NCBI GenBank assembly: GCA_030390025.1
Contig: JASTWF010000031.1
Span: forward strand, 3,224,001-3,288,000
Direction of reading: 5' to 3'
Length of the DNA: 64,000 nucleotides
DNA from: Squalus acanthias
Lineage: Eukaryota
Part shown: positions 13,210-26,798 of the stretch, one piece after another
Position numbering within the stretch: position 1 is the first letter of the stretch
How the letters are laid out: every line of letters begins with the position of its first letter
Position numbers and translations under genes: made by a program
The notes under the pieces: model-generated
Databases searched by the model: none
The model's input: the letters and a program-made list of their open reading frames with translations, nothing else
Told to the model about the DNA's origin: nothing

Positions 13210-14030
13210 ATCAGCTTGCATTTATATATTGCCTTTAATGTTGATAAACACCCCAAGGCACTTCACAGAAACTTAATTAGACAAAAACTGATGCCGAGCC
13301 AAAGGAGCAGATATTAGGAGGGTGATTAATAGCTTTGTCAAAGAGCTGGATTTTAAGGATCTTAATGGAGGAGAGGAAGGTGGAGCTTAAGGAGGGAGTT
13401 CCAGAGCTTCGGGCCAAGGCAGCTGAAGGCACAGCCAGCAATGGCGGGGTGAAAGGTGTAGGGGATGCACAATAAGCCAAAACTGGAGGAACGCAGAGTT
13501 CTCGGAGAGTTGTGGGGCTAGAGAGGATTACAGAGATATGGAAAGGTGAAGCCATGACGAAATTTAGATGCAATACTAAGATGAGAATTTTAAATTTGAG
13601 GCTTTGGGGAACCGGGAGCCAATGTAGGTGAATGAACACAGGGATGATGGGTGAATGGTACTTGGTGTGGGCTAGGGTATGGACAACAGCATTTTGGATG
13701 AGCTGAAGTTTATGGAGGGTAGAGGATGGGAGACCGGCCACGAGAGCATTGAAGTTGTTGAGTCTGGAGATGACTGAGGCATAGATGAGTGTTTCAGCAG
13801 CAGCTGGGCTGAGGCAGCGCAGAGACAGGCGATGTTATGGATGTGAAAGTCCTTGTGATGAAGAGGAAATGGGATTAGAATCTCCGCTTGGGGGTCAAAT
13901 AGGATGCTGAGTTTGCGAACAGCGAGGTTCAACCTCAGACATTGGCCAAAGAGGGGGATGGAATCAGTGGTGAAGGTGTGGAGTTTGTGGTGGGGCCGAA
14001 AACGATGGCTTGGGGCCTTCATTAGGGACT
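13210..14030 (-). mobile_element. L2 LINE 3' fragment, degenerate
   Basis: ORF 13277-13741(-) reads AGLPSSTLHKLQLIQN...LHWLPVPQSLKFKIL. L2-type tail 'cttgcatttatatattgcctttaatg' at about 13215. Confidence 0.9.
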
Positions 14031-15168
14031 CATGCCTGGTCTCAACTGCTGAGGCCTTTTATGGGCATAAAGGGAGGCACGTCCCAGGGATGCCTGGGAA
14101 CTCCGCCTCTCCAATTTGTCCCCTTGACATTGGGAATGGGCAGAACATGTTCCCGTATACCCTGACTGGGCTGTAAAGGTCTGGACTCACCAGGGTGGAA
14201 TCCCAGTGGAGTTCCAGCCCATATAACAGGTTCTCTTTCCCCACCCCCATCCATGCAGAAACAGCATTTACGCCTTCCCCAACCTCCGGAATGTTCAAAA
14301 TTTGACCAGGATAAGGAAAATGTGGATACATGTATTTGACTTGAATGGCATAGCTCCTTCCTCAGAAACTTGGTGCATACAAAAGTCTGTTATGACGCTG
14401 TGTATGAAAACAAGCTGAGCACTTTCTATAAGTGAACCTAGTATGTACCAGTGGCCAAAAAAGTGTCAATAAATGTGATTCATCATAGACAAAAATGATT
14501 CATTTTTGTCATAGTCGTAAATGTAAGAGCTTTGGGTATAGCACCATGTAAAATGTTTTTTATCACCATTTATTTCAGTAGCTCATACTGCAATTGATTT
14601 TACAAAGTTAAAAACTGTTCCTGTACAAACTAGTTTAAAACTAATAATCACTTTGAAATTGTTTAATAAGTGATTACATTATTTTTGTGGATGCTGTTTG
14701 GGGCAGGGACCCTAAAATTCTGCTCTATAACTTGGAGATGGTCCTTCTACAGTATATTTATTTTGGTGACTTTTTTTAATGAATATTAAACTTTGGAGCC
14801 TTTGTTGATTATGTTCAGATTTGCTAGAGTGCATTCCTACTTCAGTTGATCAGTCAAAGAAATACAAATGATGGTGAATCTGTTCACTGGACCACACATT
14901 ATCTGTGAAATGGGGTTCGGCTGTCGGTGGAAAGGACTCTGCAGCTGCCATCGACTATGTTCACAGTTAAAACCGTGGCCTTGATGCAGTAGCTACTCTG
15001 CTTGAGTTTTTATAATTACATTTTCAATTACCAAGTCGATGCTATTATCAAACTATTAGCAATTCCACCAGAAAGAATACCAATTAAGATGTTCTGCTTC
15101 CTTCAAGGTGATTTCCCCCTCCCACCCCCCTCTGTATTGCAGTATTGCTGATATATGTTTTATTGTAG

Positions 15169-15356
15169 TTGGCAGGCTGAAAGCTCCGGCACAGAACACC
15201 AGCTTAATGGTTTCAGAATCTGAACTTGACAGTGATGAAGCGATCTTCACCTGGCCAGACAGGGAGAAAGGGAAATTACTGCGAAACCAGAATGGATCAA
15301 TCCACAATGGCCAAGTAGTTCAAAAAACTAAGAAACAAAGAGAAGAAATCCTATAA
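15169..15356 (+). CDS. KIAA0319L: KIAA0319-like terminal coding exon
   Basis: ttgtag|TT GGC... to TAA at 15354-15356. (V)GRLKAPAQNTSLMVSESELDSDEAIFTWPDREKGKLLRNQNGSIHNGQVVQKTKKQREEIL*, matching the recalled human C-terminus SESELDSDDAIFTWPDREKGKLL...REEIL. This distinguishes it from paralogue KIAA0319. Confidence 0.96.
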
Positions 15357-17087
15357 CTGGAATCGAGGTGCCAGACTTGTAAAAACTATAGATCTAGGGT
15401 AGAAACTGTCTCCCAGTATTACACTATCTCTGCTCAGTAAAATGAAGATTGATCTGAAGCAATAGTGACTGCTGTACTGCATGCAGAGAGAGTATGCAAT
15501 CCCTGTGAAATGAGTCAGTTCAGTATCCTAATGCTTAAACTGATCTACTTGTGTGAGTTTAACAGAACTGGTTTCTCACTTGAAGGCCAGAAAAAGACTC
15601 AGGAGAGATGCAAACTGGCCAAAAACTTTTTTTTAATAAAGTTGCCACCCGTCGTGTGTTCATTCATTTCTAAAGCTGAAGCATCGGGTGCAGCCTGTCT
15701 GCACTGTTGTGGCTTTGATGTCCTGTGTTTCCAGTGCGACGCCCACTGGAAATCTATTGTATTGCAGCTTGAAAAATATCTCGAGAAGCCAAAAATGTGA
15801 TGGAGAACACACTGGATGTCCTGTGAACTTTAATCATCACGGGAGGTTTGGATATGACCATTTCCTTCAGGTCAGCAACTTTATAAATGTGCTGAAATCC
15901 ATGGAAAACTGAATACTGTGATACTAAGGACTCTTGTAATTCTGGAAATTTTGCAATGAACTTTTACCTTTCTCCTGTCGAAGAATTGTCATACAGGCGA
16001 CCACAAAGGGATTTGTTGTCTTCACCTGTTGTTGTTTAGAGTTTGAGTTAACCCCTGTGCAGAAATGTTGCACATCTGGCAATGACCCTGGGTCATGTTA
16101 GCTTTATAAAAAATAATTCTCACTACTGATTTTTTTTTTTGTGTTAATATTGGGAATGTGTTGGTTTAAAAACCTTTTATTAGTGTGAAGTATTAACAGG
16201 GTGTTTTTAATTTATTCTTTGATGGGAAGGAACTGCTTTGCAATGTTATTCCCTTCCGATGAATGTAGGTCTATATTTGCTGCTGGTTTGTTTTTCTTTT
16301 ATTGAAACCTATGTCTTCCTTTTAATACACTGGCACCTGACTTCACATCTTGACACTGGTGAACGATCCAATTGGTGGCAACTTAATATGATGGATTAAT
16401 AATGTAATGAGCAAGGCGTTGGTCACCCCTTTCCCCCACGCCCCCTCACCTCGTGCCTTCCAGTAATAGAGATAACATTTTAACCATTTTTGAAATTTAT
16501 CTGTTCTACACGAGCAAAACAAAATGCTGTGCTACTGATAATTAAATTAAAAATAATGTTTTGAAGGAGATATGTACCTTAATTTAAAATGGCAAAAATT
16601 TGGGCAATTTGATATCTGGATCAGTTCTGGATAATGTGATCAAAAACAAAAAAACTGTTTCTGTCATTAAATGATTTTGTCAAACTAATCTCTCAACATT
16701 GCACGACTGCACTATTAGATTTGGACTACAAGCAGCTGAGTTCTCTCATCATGCTGTTTTAACAGTTAAAAAATATCATGACTTATAAACTTGTTGAAAA
16801 ATGTATCCTGTTGCTGGGTACTGCTGTAAGTAAACATTCTCAATGATTTTTTTTTTCAGGTAAAATGTGCCCTAAACATTTGCACACTAAAAAGATTCCT
16901 GTACACTGGATTGCTTTTTAATTCTAGTAATACGAGTGACATGCTTTCTAGAAGTGTAATCCAAACCAAATTCAAAGTGTGATGAGATCGGACTGAGCCA
17001 TATTGGACATGTTTGCAGATTTTCAAAACTTTCCCAGTTTGGAGCTTCTATGCTCTGAGCTGCTCTGTTTGTTTAAAAAGACATGGT

Positions 17088-17440
17088 ATGGGTCCCTGCT
17101 GGCTTGGTGAGTAAATGCATTGGGTTGTGTGCTACTGAACCATATATCAAACAAGATCCCAAGTTCTCGGTGTGTGCTGGTGGAAGCACTACAACTTGCC
17201 TCAGTTGTCCTCTGATTGGAAAGGAGAAAATTATCCAGGTATTCCTGCTGGAAAAGCACATGTGTATTGATAGGATTGAGCTTAGTGGTGATGCCTCTAG
17301 CTGTCGTGTAGCCTGCTCACACATAACAAATGGCTATTTGAGAAATATACCAAAAGGCTGCTGGCACCAATTGAATTGTATTGCAACATGATTCATTGAC
17401 TTCAGGAGACTATGCATGCTCAGAAGCACTAGGAAGAGAA
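17088..17440 (+). mobile_element. LF-SINE-like element, diverged
   Basis: Ordered motifs resembling the recalled LF-SINE consensus: gtaaatgca..., ctacaacttgcctcag, cctgctggaaaag, aggattgagcttagtggtgatgcc, tagcctgctcacacat, cttcaggaga. Confidence 0.7.
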
Positions 17441-17534
17441 AAATTAAATGGACTAGTCACCCAAGACAGCTGTTGTCCACCTCTCAGTGGCTTTAGAGTG
17501 TGATTGGAGAAGGCCTGGAAACTAATATCTAGGA

Positions 17535-17960
17535 AGGAAGGAACTTTCATGACCTCAGGATGTCCCAAAGCACTTTACAGCCATTGAAATGCTCTTCAAG
17601 TGCAGTCACTGTTGTAATGTAGAGAAACATGCCTGACAATTGTGCACAGTAAGGTCCCACAAACAGCAATGAGATAAATGACCGGATAATGTTTTTTTTT
17701 TTAAGTGGTGTTGGCTGAGGGAAATTTGTTGGACACTGGGAGAATTCCCTGCTTTTCTTCGAATAATGCCATGGGATCTTTTACACCACCTGAGAGGGCA
17801 GATGGGGTTTCCGTTTCACAACTCATCCAAAAAATGGCACCTCCGACAGTGCAGCACTCCCTCAGTACTGGAATGATGTGTCAGCGTCGATTCTGTGCTC
17901 AAGTCTCTCGAGTGGGACTTGTACCCATGACCTTCCGACTCGAGACAAGAGTGCCGCCAT
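17535..17960 (-). mobile_element. SacSINE1/DeuSINE-like SINE
   Basis: Motifs 'caggatgtcccaaagcactttacagcca', 'aatgccatgggatcttttac', 'ggcacctccgacagtgcagcactccctcagtactg', then a tRNA-like head at about 17910-17960. Confidence 0.8.
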
Positions 17961-20421
17961 TGTGTGACCAGCACAAATATTCAGTTGTTCCATTTTTGGT
18001 CAGGGAAGTTATGTGGGAGGGAAGGAACAGGTGATTTATTTTTTTATGACATCTTTAGCATTATGCCTGAGGAAAGTATATCTAAGAAATTTCTAAACTA
18101 ATTTGGTCTATGAAATATCATTTACCTGCTTAATTGATTAAATTTAGCGCTGTACAGCAATCCATTATTTTTATTCATGCTCTACCAAGTTACTAGAAAC
18201 AGCTTTTTTCCATGTGGGGTTGATGGAGAAGGAAAGAAAGTTTGAATTGACTGACAAATTGACATTGCATCATCTCACCCTTACAAGAAATCCTCCTTCG
18301 CTTGACTAAGCCACAGAGTAACACAAACGTGAATTGCAGAAGAGACTTCAGTCCATTTGCCCACCTTCCAGCAGATGCAGGATATTTGGACAAATTGATT
18401 TTTTAATAGCTCAGTATCATTTTACAGTAAACTTGCAGCAATTGGTCATATGAACATTTTGATATTTTGTGAAAAGTCACATGTAAATGTGATTTGAAGT
18501 AAAGCCTTTAATATCTGTGTTGCACTTGGTGAGGGGGTAAGGTGATCATGAGGTGTTCTTAAATGCACTGCTTCTGAACCCAGGTACCTGCAAGTAAAGT
18601 AAACTCACTCTAAAATGGTTATACTTAGAGTTAACCATTCATGTCGTAAAGCTAGCTAACTACTGAATGACCTTAAAAGGTGTACAAATCGAGTAAATTT
18701 ACACAGTTGCAGCGAATGACAACAATTGTATCGTTCACCTTTGCTTGTATAGCATACACTATATATTGGAGAGTTGCACTATGCACCAGCGTTTGTCACT
18801 GTGAAGACTTTTGACTGAGCTCTGTTTTTGGTTTACTTTGTGAAGCACGAGTAGTGCTTTCAAAAAGTAATTGGATGGTTTCTGGGAATAAGCAACTGAT
18901 CAGTTGAAGTAAGGATTTTTTTTTTAAAGTAGCAAACTGCCAAATGTTTAAATTTTGTCAATGTCTAAAGTTTATTTTCCAAAAAAACTCAAAACATTTG
19001 TTTTATGTTTTAAATAGTAGATTAGCTCCTTCATTGGCACATTATGTTTACTAGTCAAGTATCCAGGAGGTCTGATTGACGTACATCTGGACATTCCACT
19101 GTTATTTTCCCACAATGTAGTGTATTTTCCACTAAAATGGCATCACACTGCATCCTCATTTAATTTTTTTTTTCCTAGTGTTTTTATTAGGAATTATTCA
19201 TTAAAATTATTTTCTTTAGTTGTATATGTTGTGACCAGACATGACGCACAATAAATATCTCCTCTTGTATTTTCATCCCTCATGAGTTATCCAATCAACC
19301 TCACTTGTGGAGATATTCAGCCTATCATGGATAGCTGTGATATATCCTCCATGGAATTTTATCTTTGCCAATTGCACTGCCTGTGTTTAGTTTTATTTTT
19401 AAATATAGAGGTGCATCAATACTAAATTATATCTAGGTAACAGTAAGTACTCCATTCCCTCATGAATTTGGATAGTCTATGCAAAATTTACAAATTATAC
19501 ACTCCATTATTTATTCATAGGAACCAGGAAATAAACTTTAACAAATGCTATTCTAGAAGCCTTTTGTCAAAACTCTCATGCTAGTAAAGGGGTTAATGAT
19601 CATTTTAAAAGCTTTTGATTAATGTTCTGTCAACTAAAGAAACTCTTGTCTGGAAGGAGTTCAGTGAAAAATCTAGGTAGAATATCTGAGTTTAACTGAA
19701 CTCGGACACATCTGCAGACAGAGCCACAGCTAATCATTTTTAGGTTCTGGCTTGGATTTGATGGTATGTTTCACTCTATTCAAAGGGTGCAAAGTAATAC
19801 AAAATGTTTCTGTTGAATATTCTTTTGAATTGGATATCTAAAATGTATTTTTGGACAACAAAATCTCTTGTTATTGCTGCGTGCATACAAGAAAAGTTTA
19901 AAATGTGTTGGCAACCTAAAAGTACAGTTTAAAAATAGCAGAAGTACCAATAGACAGGTGGTCAACGGCATTTTTAACCCTTTCCCGGCAAAGATTGTTG
20001 GCCCGTTCCGATTTGAAAATAACACACTGAATAGAAGTTAAATTGAGAATTAGCAGTCAATACATTTTTAATCGGTTGCAGTCTTGAGAAAAGATGGACA
20101 ACTGGTACAACATTAGAGGAAATGCAAATTAAGGGCTGGGAATTGATATATTTGGCTTTCATGCATAATGTGAATTTCCCTGCTAACATGACCGTTCTAT
20201 TCAATATGTCTCCATTTTTTTTTAAATATGGCCTCTTTGACATCAAATTGTGGCCACCAGGTGTTTCTGACTAAGCCCAATTTGCAACTCGAAATGTAAA
20301 TCTTGTTTTAAATGTATTAATTTATGTCTGTAACTGCATTTTTTTTTTTAAGAGTATTGGTCTGTGTACTGTGATCTGGATAAAATCTAGTATGCACTGC
20401 TTTGAAAGTCCCTTATCTGCC

Positions 20422-20427
20422 AATAAA
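20422..20427 (+). terminator. Candidate polyadenylation signal AATAAA
   Basis: AATAAA with upstream TGTA elements and a downstream G/T-rich tract (tatgttttttttttgt) about 20-35 nt later. Confidence 0.45.
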
Positions 20428-22589
20428 TGAGCCATTCAATTTTCAGTATGTTTTTTTTGTACTAAAAATGTTTTATCTTCCAACTGTCCATAACCTTGTA
20501 GCACACGTGTGGTCCAAGTTAGTATGATATACATGTTCATCTGCAGTGTTTTGTATCCCACCGTTGCAACTTATTTTTGTTCTCTCTAAGGTGAGGTTCT
20601 GTGGAATGGGACATTCTGGATTGATTGCTAACACATACCATGAGTAAATTGGCAAAGAATCAATGGAGAAATCAGGAATGATGCCCCATGCCACTAACGG
20701 ATAGTGCCAAAAAGAATTGTATATTTGGTGCCAGATGGGTTCTGTTTCTCCCATTATTATCCTCAGTTACATTCATATTGCTCCCATGAATGAGAGAAAA
20801 TAGATTTTTGTAAAGTCTCTGAAGCTGGGGCTTTCTCAGTTTTCAGTGTCATCATCTCTTAAGTTGCAACATTATCCGTCCAGTAATTCCTATTGATTGG
20901 ACAAAATGTATAGTTTCAGGATTGTGTCAATCCCCGTTTTCCCAGCCTCACCAGTGGTTCAATTATCCCAAACTAGGATTGGTAAATCTTTGGTTTGTCG
21001 AGATGGGAAGTCCAGACAACAACTTGTCCCATATCTACCTTAAACGCTTTCTTCAGATACTCCTCATCATATACTAATTATCCTGAGCAAGGTGTGTATT
21101 AATGGATAAGTTAGCTAAGGAAAGTAATAAGGGCAGTTCAAGTTCCAATGCAGAATACATCTCTCCTGTTTATTAAGCAGGTTGCCATTAAGATTGCTTG
21201 TGATACTGTAAACGTCATTAGTTCTATACAAGCAGCTGTACTGATACATTTAGTCTTGGTCCTCCGGAGTGGTTCTGCACTCTGATTATGCATCTTCATT
21301 TGGCACGAAGGAGTTTTTAACTAGACCGGTTGAGGAAATGCAGGAAAGGCAACCTATGAAGGTTATTTTAGCTCTCAATCCTAAAAGACCAAACAAAAAC
21401 AAAATAGTACCCTGGCAAGCAAAGAAAAATTTTGTGGCTGAATAACGTACCTTCAGAAGATTTCAAGACCCACTACCTTGTCTTAAATCTACCAATTAGC
21501 TTCGTAAAAACCTGGACAGCTACAAGGATCCACAGCCCAAACTTCCTAATACTAATAATCCTACTGATTTCCATGAGCAAAGCCCAGTGCGAGGAAACTA
21601 AACATTTTATAAATGTCTGGATACAAATTAGCATAGTTGTATGACTAAGGAATAAAAATTCACATTGTATTCTTTCATCTTCAAGGCCCTTTTGAAAATT
21701 GTAGGGAAATCATATAAACTTGCCATGAATTCAGTAGCAAAATAAATTATTAGAGATTGTTCAGATAAGGAACAAGTGTTGTTGAGGTTTTTTTCATGTT
21801 ACTTTATAGTTTGAAGAAAAAATACCAGTGGTAGCTTATTAGAGGCACAAGCCTCGATAACCTTGATTTATATATAATTATCTTTTTGCCAAATGTGAAA
21901 ATGTGTGATATTCTGCTCCACCAGATCTTGTATGCTTCTTCACCTCTCCCTCTAATTTCTCAACATCTTCTAAAGACAAAGAGGGATCCAGAAGAATTTT
22001 AATTGCTGTTTACTGCAGATGAAAATTGCAGTTGTCTAATCTCTCTCTTGGGGAAATAGTTCCTAGTTCATCCGTATTAAGGAGGATCTATTTTCCCCTC
22101 AAAGGGTTTTCTCACCCTGGGGAGATTGATGATCTGATTATTGGAAGGGACAGATTGAATACTATAGATTATTTGAGACTATTATAGGAACAAGGAGCCC
22201 TAATTGTTTGAAGATGATTATATTTATCAAATTTGGAAGAATATTTAACTGATGTGGCTTCCTTGCTCTTTGTTTTGCTTGAAGAGCCTTCTCGGTATTG
22301 CGCTAATTGCCAACTCCATCAGGCACAAAGCCAAAATCTATATTTTATTCTTCTTATCAAAGGGTTTAGTTTAGAATACCCTTTGTTGTCCAGTATTGTG
22401 AAGAAAAATCAGTCTATTAAATCCTTAACATACAATCTGAATATGTTACTGTAAAAGTAGGAGCCTTCCCTTTAAGCTGATGGTTACCATTGAAATGGGC
22501 TAATATGAAAAGCAGCTAGTCTGATGGATTTACTGTCAGATGGGTTGAATGAATAGCATGTCCCAGTCATTACTTATCTCTGCTATGCT

Positions 22590-22930
22590 GAGCTCCCTGG
22601 ACGCGTGTACCCTGCAGTATGGTCCCATATACGATCCTTGGTTTGTGCTAGCTTAGCTGACCTCCGATTAGAGAGGGAAAAAAATCAGCCAGTGTTTTCA
22701 TTCCTAACTTTCTGGAGTGACCCCTGCTCGAATGTGGGGATGTCATGAGGACAGGTTTGAACTCAACTGGTTGAATATCCTGCTAAGAGTTCGTTATCAC
22801 TCTCGCAGATGAAGAATAGCCATTTGGGCCAGATACCCCAGGGCTGACGGTACTTGTGGAATCAGACATGCATAAGTCACTGTCTTCAGGGGAGGAGTCG
22901 AAAGGGGAGAAAAACGTGGTGAAGTAAAGG
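22590..22930 (+). mobile_element. LF-SINE-like element, diverged
   Basis: 'ggtttgtgctagcttagctgacctc', 'gagggaaaaaaatcagccag', 'gtgacccctgct', 'tgaggacagg', 'atgaagaatagccatttgggc', 'cttcaggggaggag'. Confidence 0.75.
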
Positions 22931-23079
22931 AAGGAAAATCTCTGCCTTGCCTGGTGAGAAGATAGAGGAGTTCTTAACCCAGGTCCACAATTCCTGCATA
23001 AAATCTGGTTGAAGAGGCTGATGTCCCACCTTTTCAGTTTGACTAAATACAAATTGGAATGCTGAATTCATATTATGGA

Positions 23080-23310
23080 CAACAACAACAACTTGTATTT
23101 ATATAGCGCCTTTAATGCAATAAAACATCCCAAGGCGCTTCACAGGAGCATTATCAAAAAAACAACATTTGACACCAAGCCGTATGAGGAGACATTGGGC
23201 CAGATGCCCAAAAGCTTGGTTGAAGAGGTAGGTTTGAAGGAGGAAAAGAGGTAGAGAGGTGGCGAGGTTTATGGAGGGAATTCCAGAGTTTAGGACCTAG
23301 GCAGCTGGGA
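23080..23310 (-). mobile_element. L2 LINE 3' end
   Basis: (aac)n tail plus 'cttgtatttatatagcgcctttaatg...cccaaggcgcttcacagg'. Translates LGPKLWNSL on the minus strand. Confidence 0.85.
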
Positions 23311-23369
23311 AAATAGAAACATTGTGAATTTCTATGAAGTCGTGACTTAGAATTCAAGAAAGACTTACA

Positions 23370-23710
23370 TTGATACAGCACCTTTCAGGACATCCCAAAG
23401 CACTTCACAGCCAATAAAGTAATTTTGAAGTGTAGTCACTGTTGTAGGAAATGTGGCAGCCAATTTGCACACAGTAAGGTCACACAAACAGCAATGTAAT
23501 GATGACCAGATCATCTGTTTTAGGTGTTGGTTGAGGGATAAAATAGTGGCCAGGACAGCAGGAGAAATCCTCTGCTCTTCAAATAGTGTCATTAGATCTT
23601 TTACGTCCATCTTAGAGGGCCTCTGTTTAATGTCTCATCCAAAAGACACCCCTCCGACAGTGCAGCACTCGCTCAGTACTGCACTGAAGAGCCTAGATTT
23701 TTGTGCTTAA
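23370..23710 (-). mobile_element. SacSINE1/DeuSINE-like SINE
   Basis: Colinear with 17535-17900 ('gtgtagtcactgttgta', 'ctccgacagtgcagcactcgctcagtactgcactg'). Confidence 0.8.
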
Positions 23711-24109
23711 CTATCAACAATTCAATAAACCATTTACATCCTATACAGCTAAAACTTTAGATAAGCTTGTCACCAAAAGATTGGTTTATTTGGTCAAAAA
23801 AATATTCAACATTACTACCAGATAGCAAATAAAGATCATTAATAATGTTGAAGGCCTTTGTGAATGAGATGAAGCACTAAATGGCTATAGTTTTATGTAT
23901 TCGGGTACATCTGGAAGCCAGTTAGGACAATTATTGCACTTTTAAGATTTTTGCTACCAAAAGAAACTTGCAACTTTGTAGGCCTTTGCTTTGGTTTCTC
24001 AGCTAACAGACCTCACTTCTTATAATGTTATACTATTTTGGGAAAACTACCCATCATGTACAGTTAAAGGCAGAATCAGGTAGATTACTTGACATATTCG
24101 TAGGAGGCA

Positions 24110-24507
24110 GTTTTCTCCACCACCTGCACCCCCACCCCCGACTTCCTGACAGCACAGAGCTGCTGAATCTTACGGGGGTACTGTTCTGTGGGCACCTGCA
24201 GGTCTCCACTACATCATCCAAGTTGTCAATCTTCAAGCGTGAGCCAAAGCAATGAGTGTGAATGGGTGATTTGACTATAGAGAGCGTCAAAGCTGAAACT
24301 AACCCTGTGCTCACCAGGCTTCTGCAAAAGTACATTTTCCAGCAAGGCTCACCGGTGCTAATCAGGATTGGGGACCCTATATTTTTTTTCTTCTCCCTAA
24401 TCCATGGGTACTGAGGCCAATTATAGCACCCTAACTGCTGCCCTGGCTGAGATCAGGAACTGGGACTTTTCTGGTGTGTATGGCCTACACACTAAGCCTT
24501 CAGGGGA
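24110..24507 (-). mobile_element. LF-SINE-like element
   Basis: 'actgaggccaattatagcaccctaactgctgccctggctgagatcag' and 'ctgggacttttctggtgtgtatggc' are the reverse complement of the LF-SINE core and head. Confidence 0.78.
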
Positions 24508-26665
24508 GAAATTCTTCTTGTAACTAAATAAAGATACTTCCCACCTACAAAATTCCTAATCCCATTCCACTCTGGATTTTGGTCCTGAGTTATCTGCATT
24601 CCTTAGTTTGGGCTTTACGTTAAACTAACCTTGTTTTTTATACCAAACAAAATGTTTACATCTGTCCTTGGAAGTAATTGCAAAAGAGCAAAAAAAAACT
24701 AATTTTAATTGTTACTTCATCATTGAAAGAGAGAACTGTTACTGTTTTGTGGAGGGTGGAAAAAGTACAATCATTATATCAGTTGCAATTATGTTTTATT
24801 GATGCAATTTATATTGTGTTATGCTTACATAAAAAAGAAGCGTTTGCCATGTAAACTTTGGAACAGCAATGCCTCCCTAATGATTTGTTTATAAAATTGC
24901 TATTTATTCCCTCCCTGTAGTTCCCTCCTCAAAGAAGGGGCAATCTATGGTTGAGTCACTTTCTTGCATACCTCCAAGTAGGTAAAACCAGGCTATTTCT
25001 GCATCCTTTTAGATCTGGGCTGTGGTGCAGCGGATGGAGAGATGGGGAAACCCAAAAGCTGATGTATTCTGCTCCTGATAATTCGAAGTTGATTTTTGCA
25101 TTAAAAATTTGAATTCAGCAATGTAAACAACACAGCAAAGTGGGAATTAAGTTTTATTAAAAAAAATGGAGTTATCAAATAATTTGAATTAAGAGAAGTC
25201 AACTGTTTCATAAAATCCTTACTCTTAATAGTTACAATACCTGTGCCATTTTTCTTCAGGACATGATTAACTTGTTTTCATGGTCAGTTACTGAACTAGT
25301 CAGATAACGAGTAATCGCATTTGTGTGATTTATACTCCTGAATGATATCTCAGTGAAGGAGTGGTCCCTGGACTTTGTGTCTGTTATCAGAAAAGGACCT
25401 TAAACAGCATTTTCCAAACTCAGGCCAGAATTGCGCAGTTCCAACGCAGATCGATCGTTTGAGCTCGAAGCTCACCGAAATATTGCAATCAGAGTAATTC
25501 AGTTGGAAGTTGTACAGATGCAGCAGATATTCAGCCAATCAAAGACCGTGTGATCAGAATTAAGGATCTCGATGCCCAGTTGCTGTAATTTCATGAACAC
25601 AGCCCAGGGCCATTGGCCATGGATTTTTTTTTAAATAGATGTGAAGATAGCATCTGTGCGCAGGTTAAGAAAAGGTTACTTTGTTGTAAGTCAGTGAGAT
25701 GGCTTCTGTGTATATAGAAAAGTAAATGTTACTAATTGTCCAGCATGTTTTTGTTGTCAATGCAGCTGCACTAAATTTTGCTTAAATGGGGTGGGCAATC
25801 TATTGGGATGTGAACTGCACCTTTAAAGAGATTAACTATCAGTAATTAAAAGAATTTTGATTGATTTTAATAATCTTTTCATCTGTCTTTTAGATTTTTT
25901 TCAGTGTCATATATTTTTACTTAAGCAATATGTGCATATACCATCCGGGACACTTGCCTGGAACGGTTACCAAGGGAGTTGCATTACTATTCTCGAAATA
26001 TTAATGAGACTTACTGAAATCCCTTTATAGATACTCTATTGACTTTAATTAATTTTCTTGGTAATAAAGGGCTCAGTAACTCTTCCATGTCAGTTCCCTG
26101 ATGATGCCATCACCACTCCTCATTTACAGAAATGTATTTTAAAAATCAACAAAAATTGAAAAATCATTTTGAAATTCATAATTTTTTTTAACATGGTTTT
26201 TTTAAAAGGGGTTTAAAAAAACAGAAATCGCACTATCAATAGCAGCAAAAATTCTTTTTCAAGATTTAAAATAAATAAATTCCACTAAAGATATATAATC
26301 CTTCAAAGGCACAGCTCAGATATGAACTGCTGCTATTGAACTCATGTGAAAGACAATGAACAATTAAAATGTGCCAGATACGAGCAAATGTACAGCCAGT
26401 GTAGGTTGTGTACAGGTGTGAAGTACATGCAAATGTACTGTGTAGTCACAAGTTCTGCTTACCAGACATAAATAGATAGTGAGGTGTGGATTATATTGCT
26501 GATGAATATTTTCCAGTGCTTGCCACCCAGTTATCAGATTTGGCACAGTTAAAGGTAAAAAGAAAACAAATGTTACCAGTAAATTACTGGGGAAAAAATT
26601 ACCTGTACTCGAGACAATTATGGAAATTTAGTAAGCACATATATATGAGACATAATCTTCCTTAC

Positions 26666-26798
26666 AAAAGCAAAATACTGCGGAAGCTGGAAATCTGAAA
26701 TAAAAACAGAAAATGCTGGAAATACTCTGCTGGTCAGGCAGCATCTGTAGAGAGAGAAACAGAGTTAACATTTCAAGTCGATGACCCTTCGTCAGAAC
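26666..26798 (-). mobile_element. Solo Penelope-like pseudo-LTR fragment with 9-bp TSD and hammerhead-like motif
   Basis: Homologous to 28338-28435, 28981-29095 and 31634-31739. CTTCCTTAC is directly repeated at 26657-26665 and 26799-26807. Confidence 0.85.

Larger units (their letters stand above)
15357..20450 (+). other. KIAA0319L: Putative long 3'UTR of KIAA0319L
   Basis: AT/U-rich, repeat-poor sequence after the stop. The end point is inferred only from the polyA-signal candidate; other AATAAA hexamers occur earlier (e.g. 15635). Confidence 0.5.
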
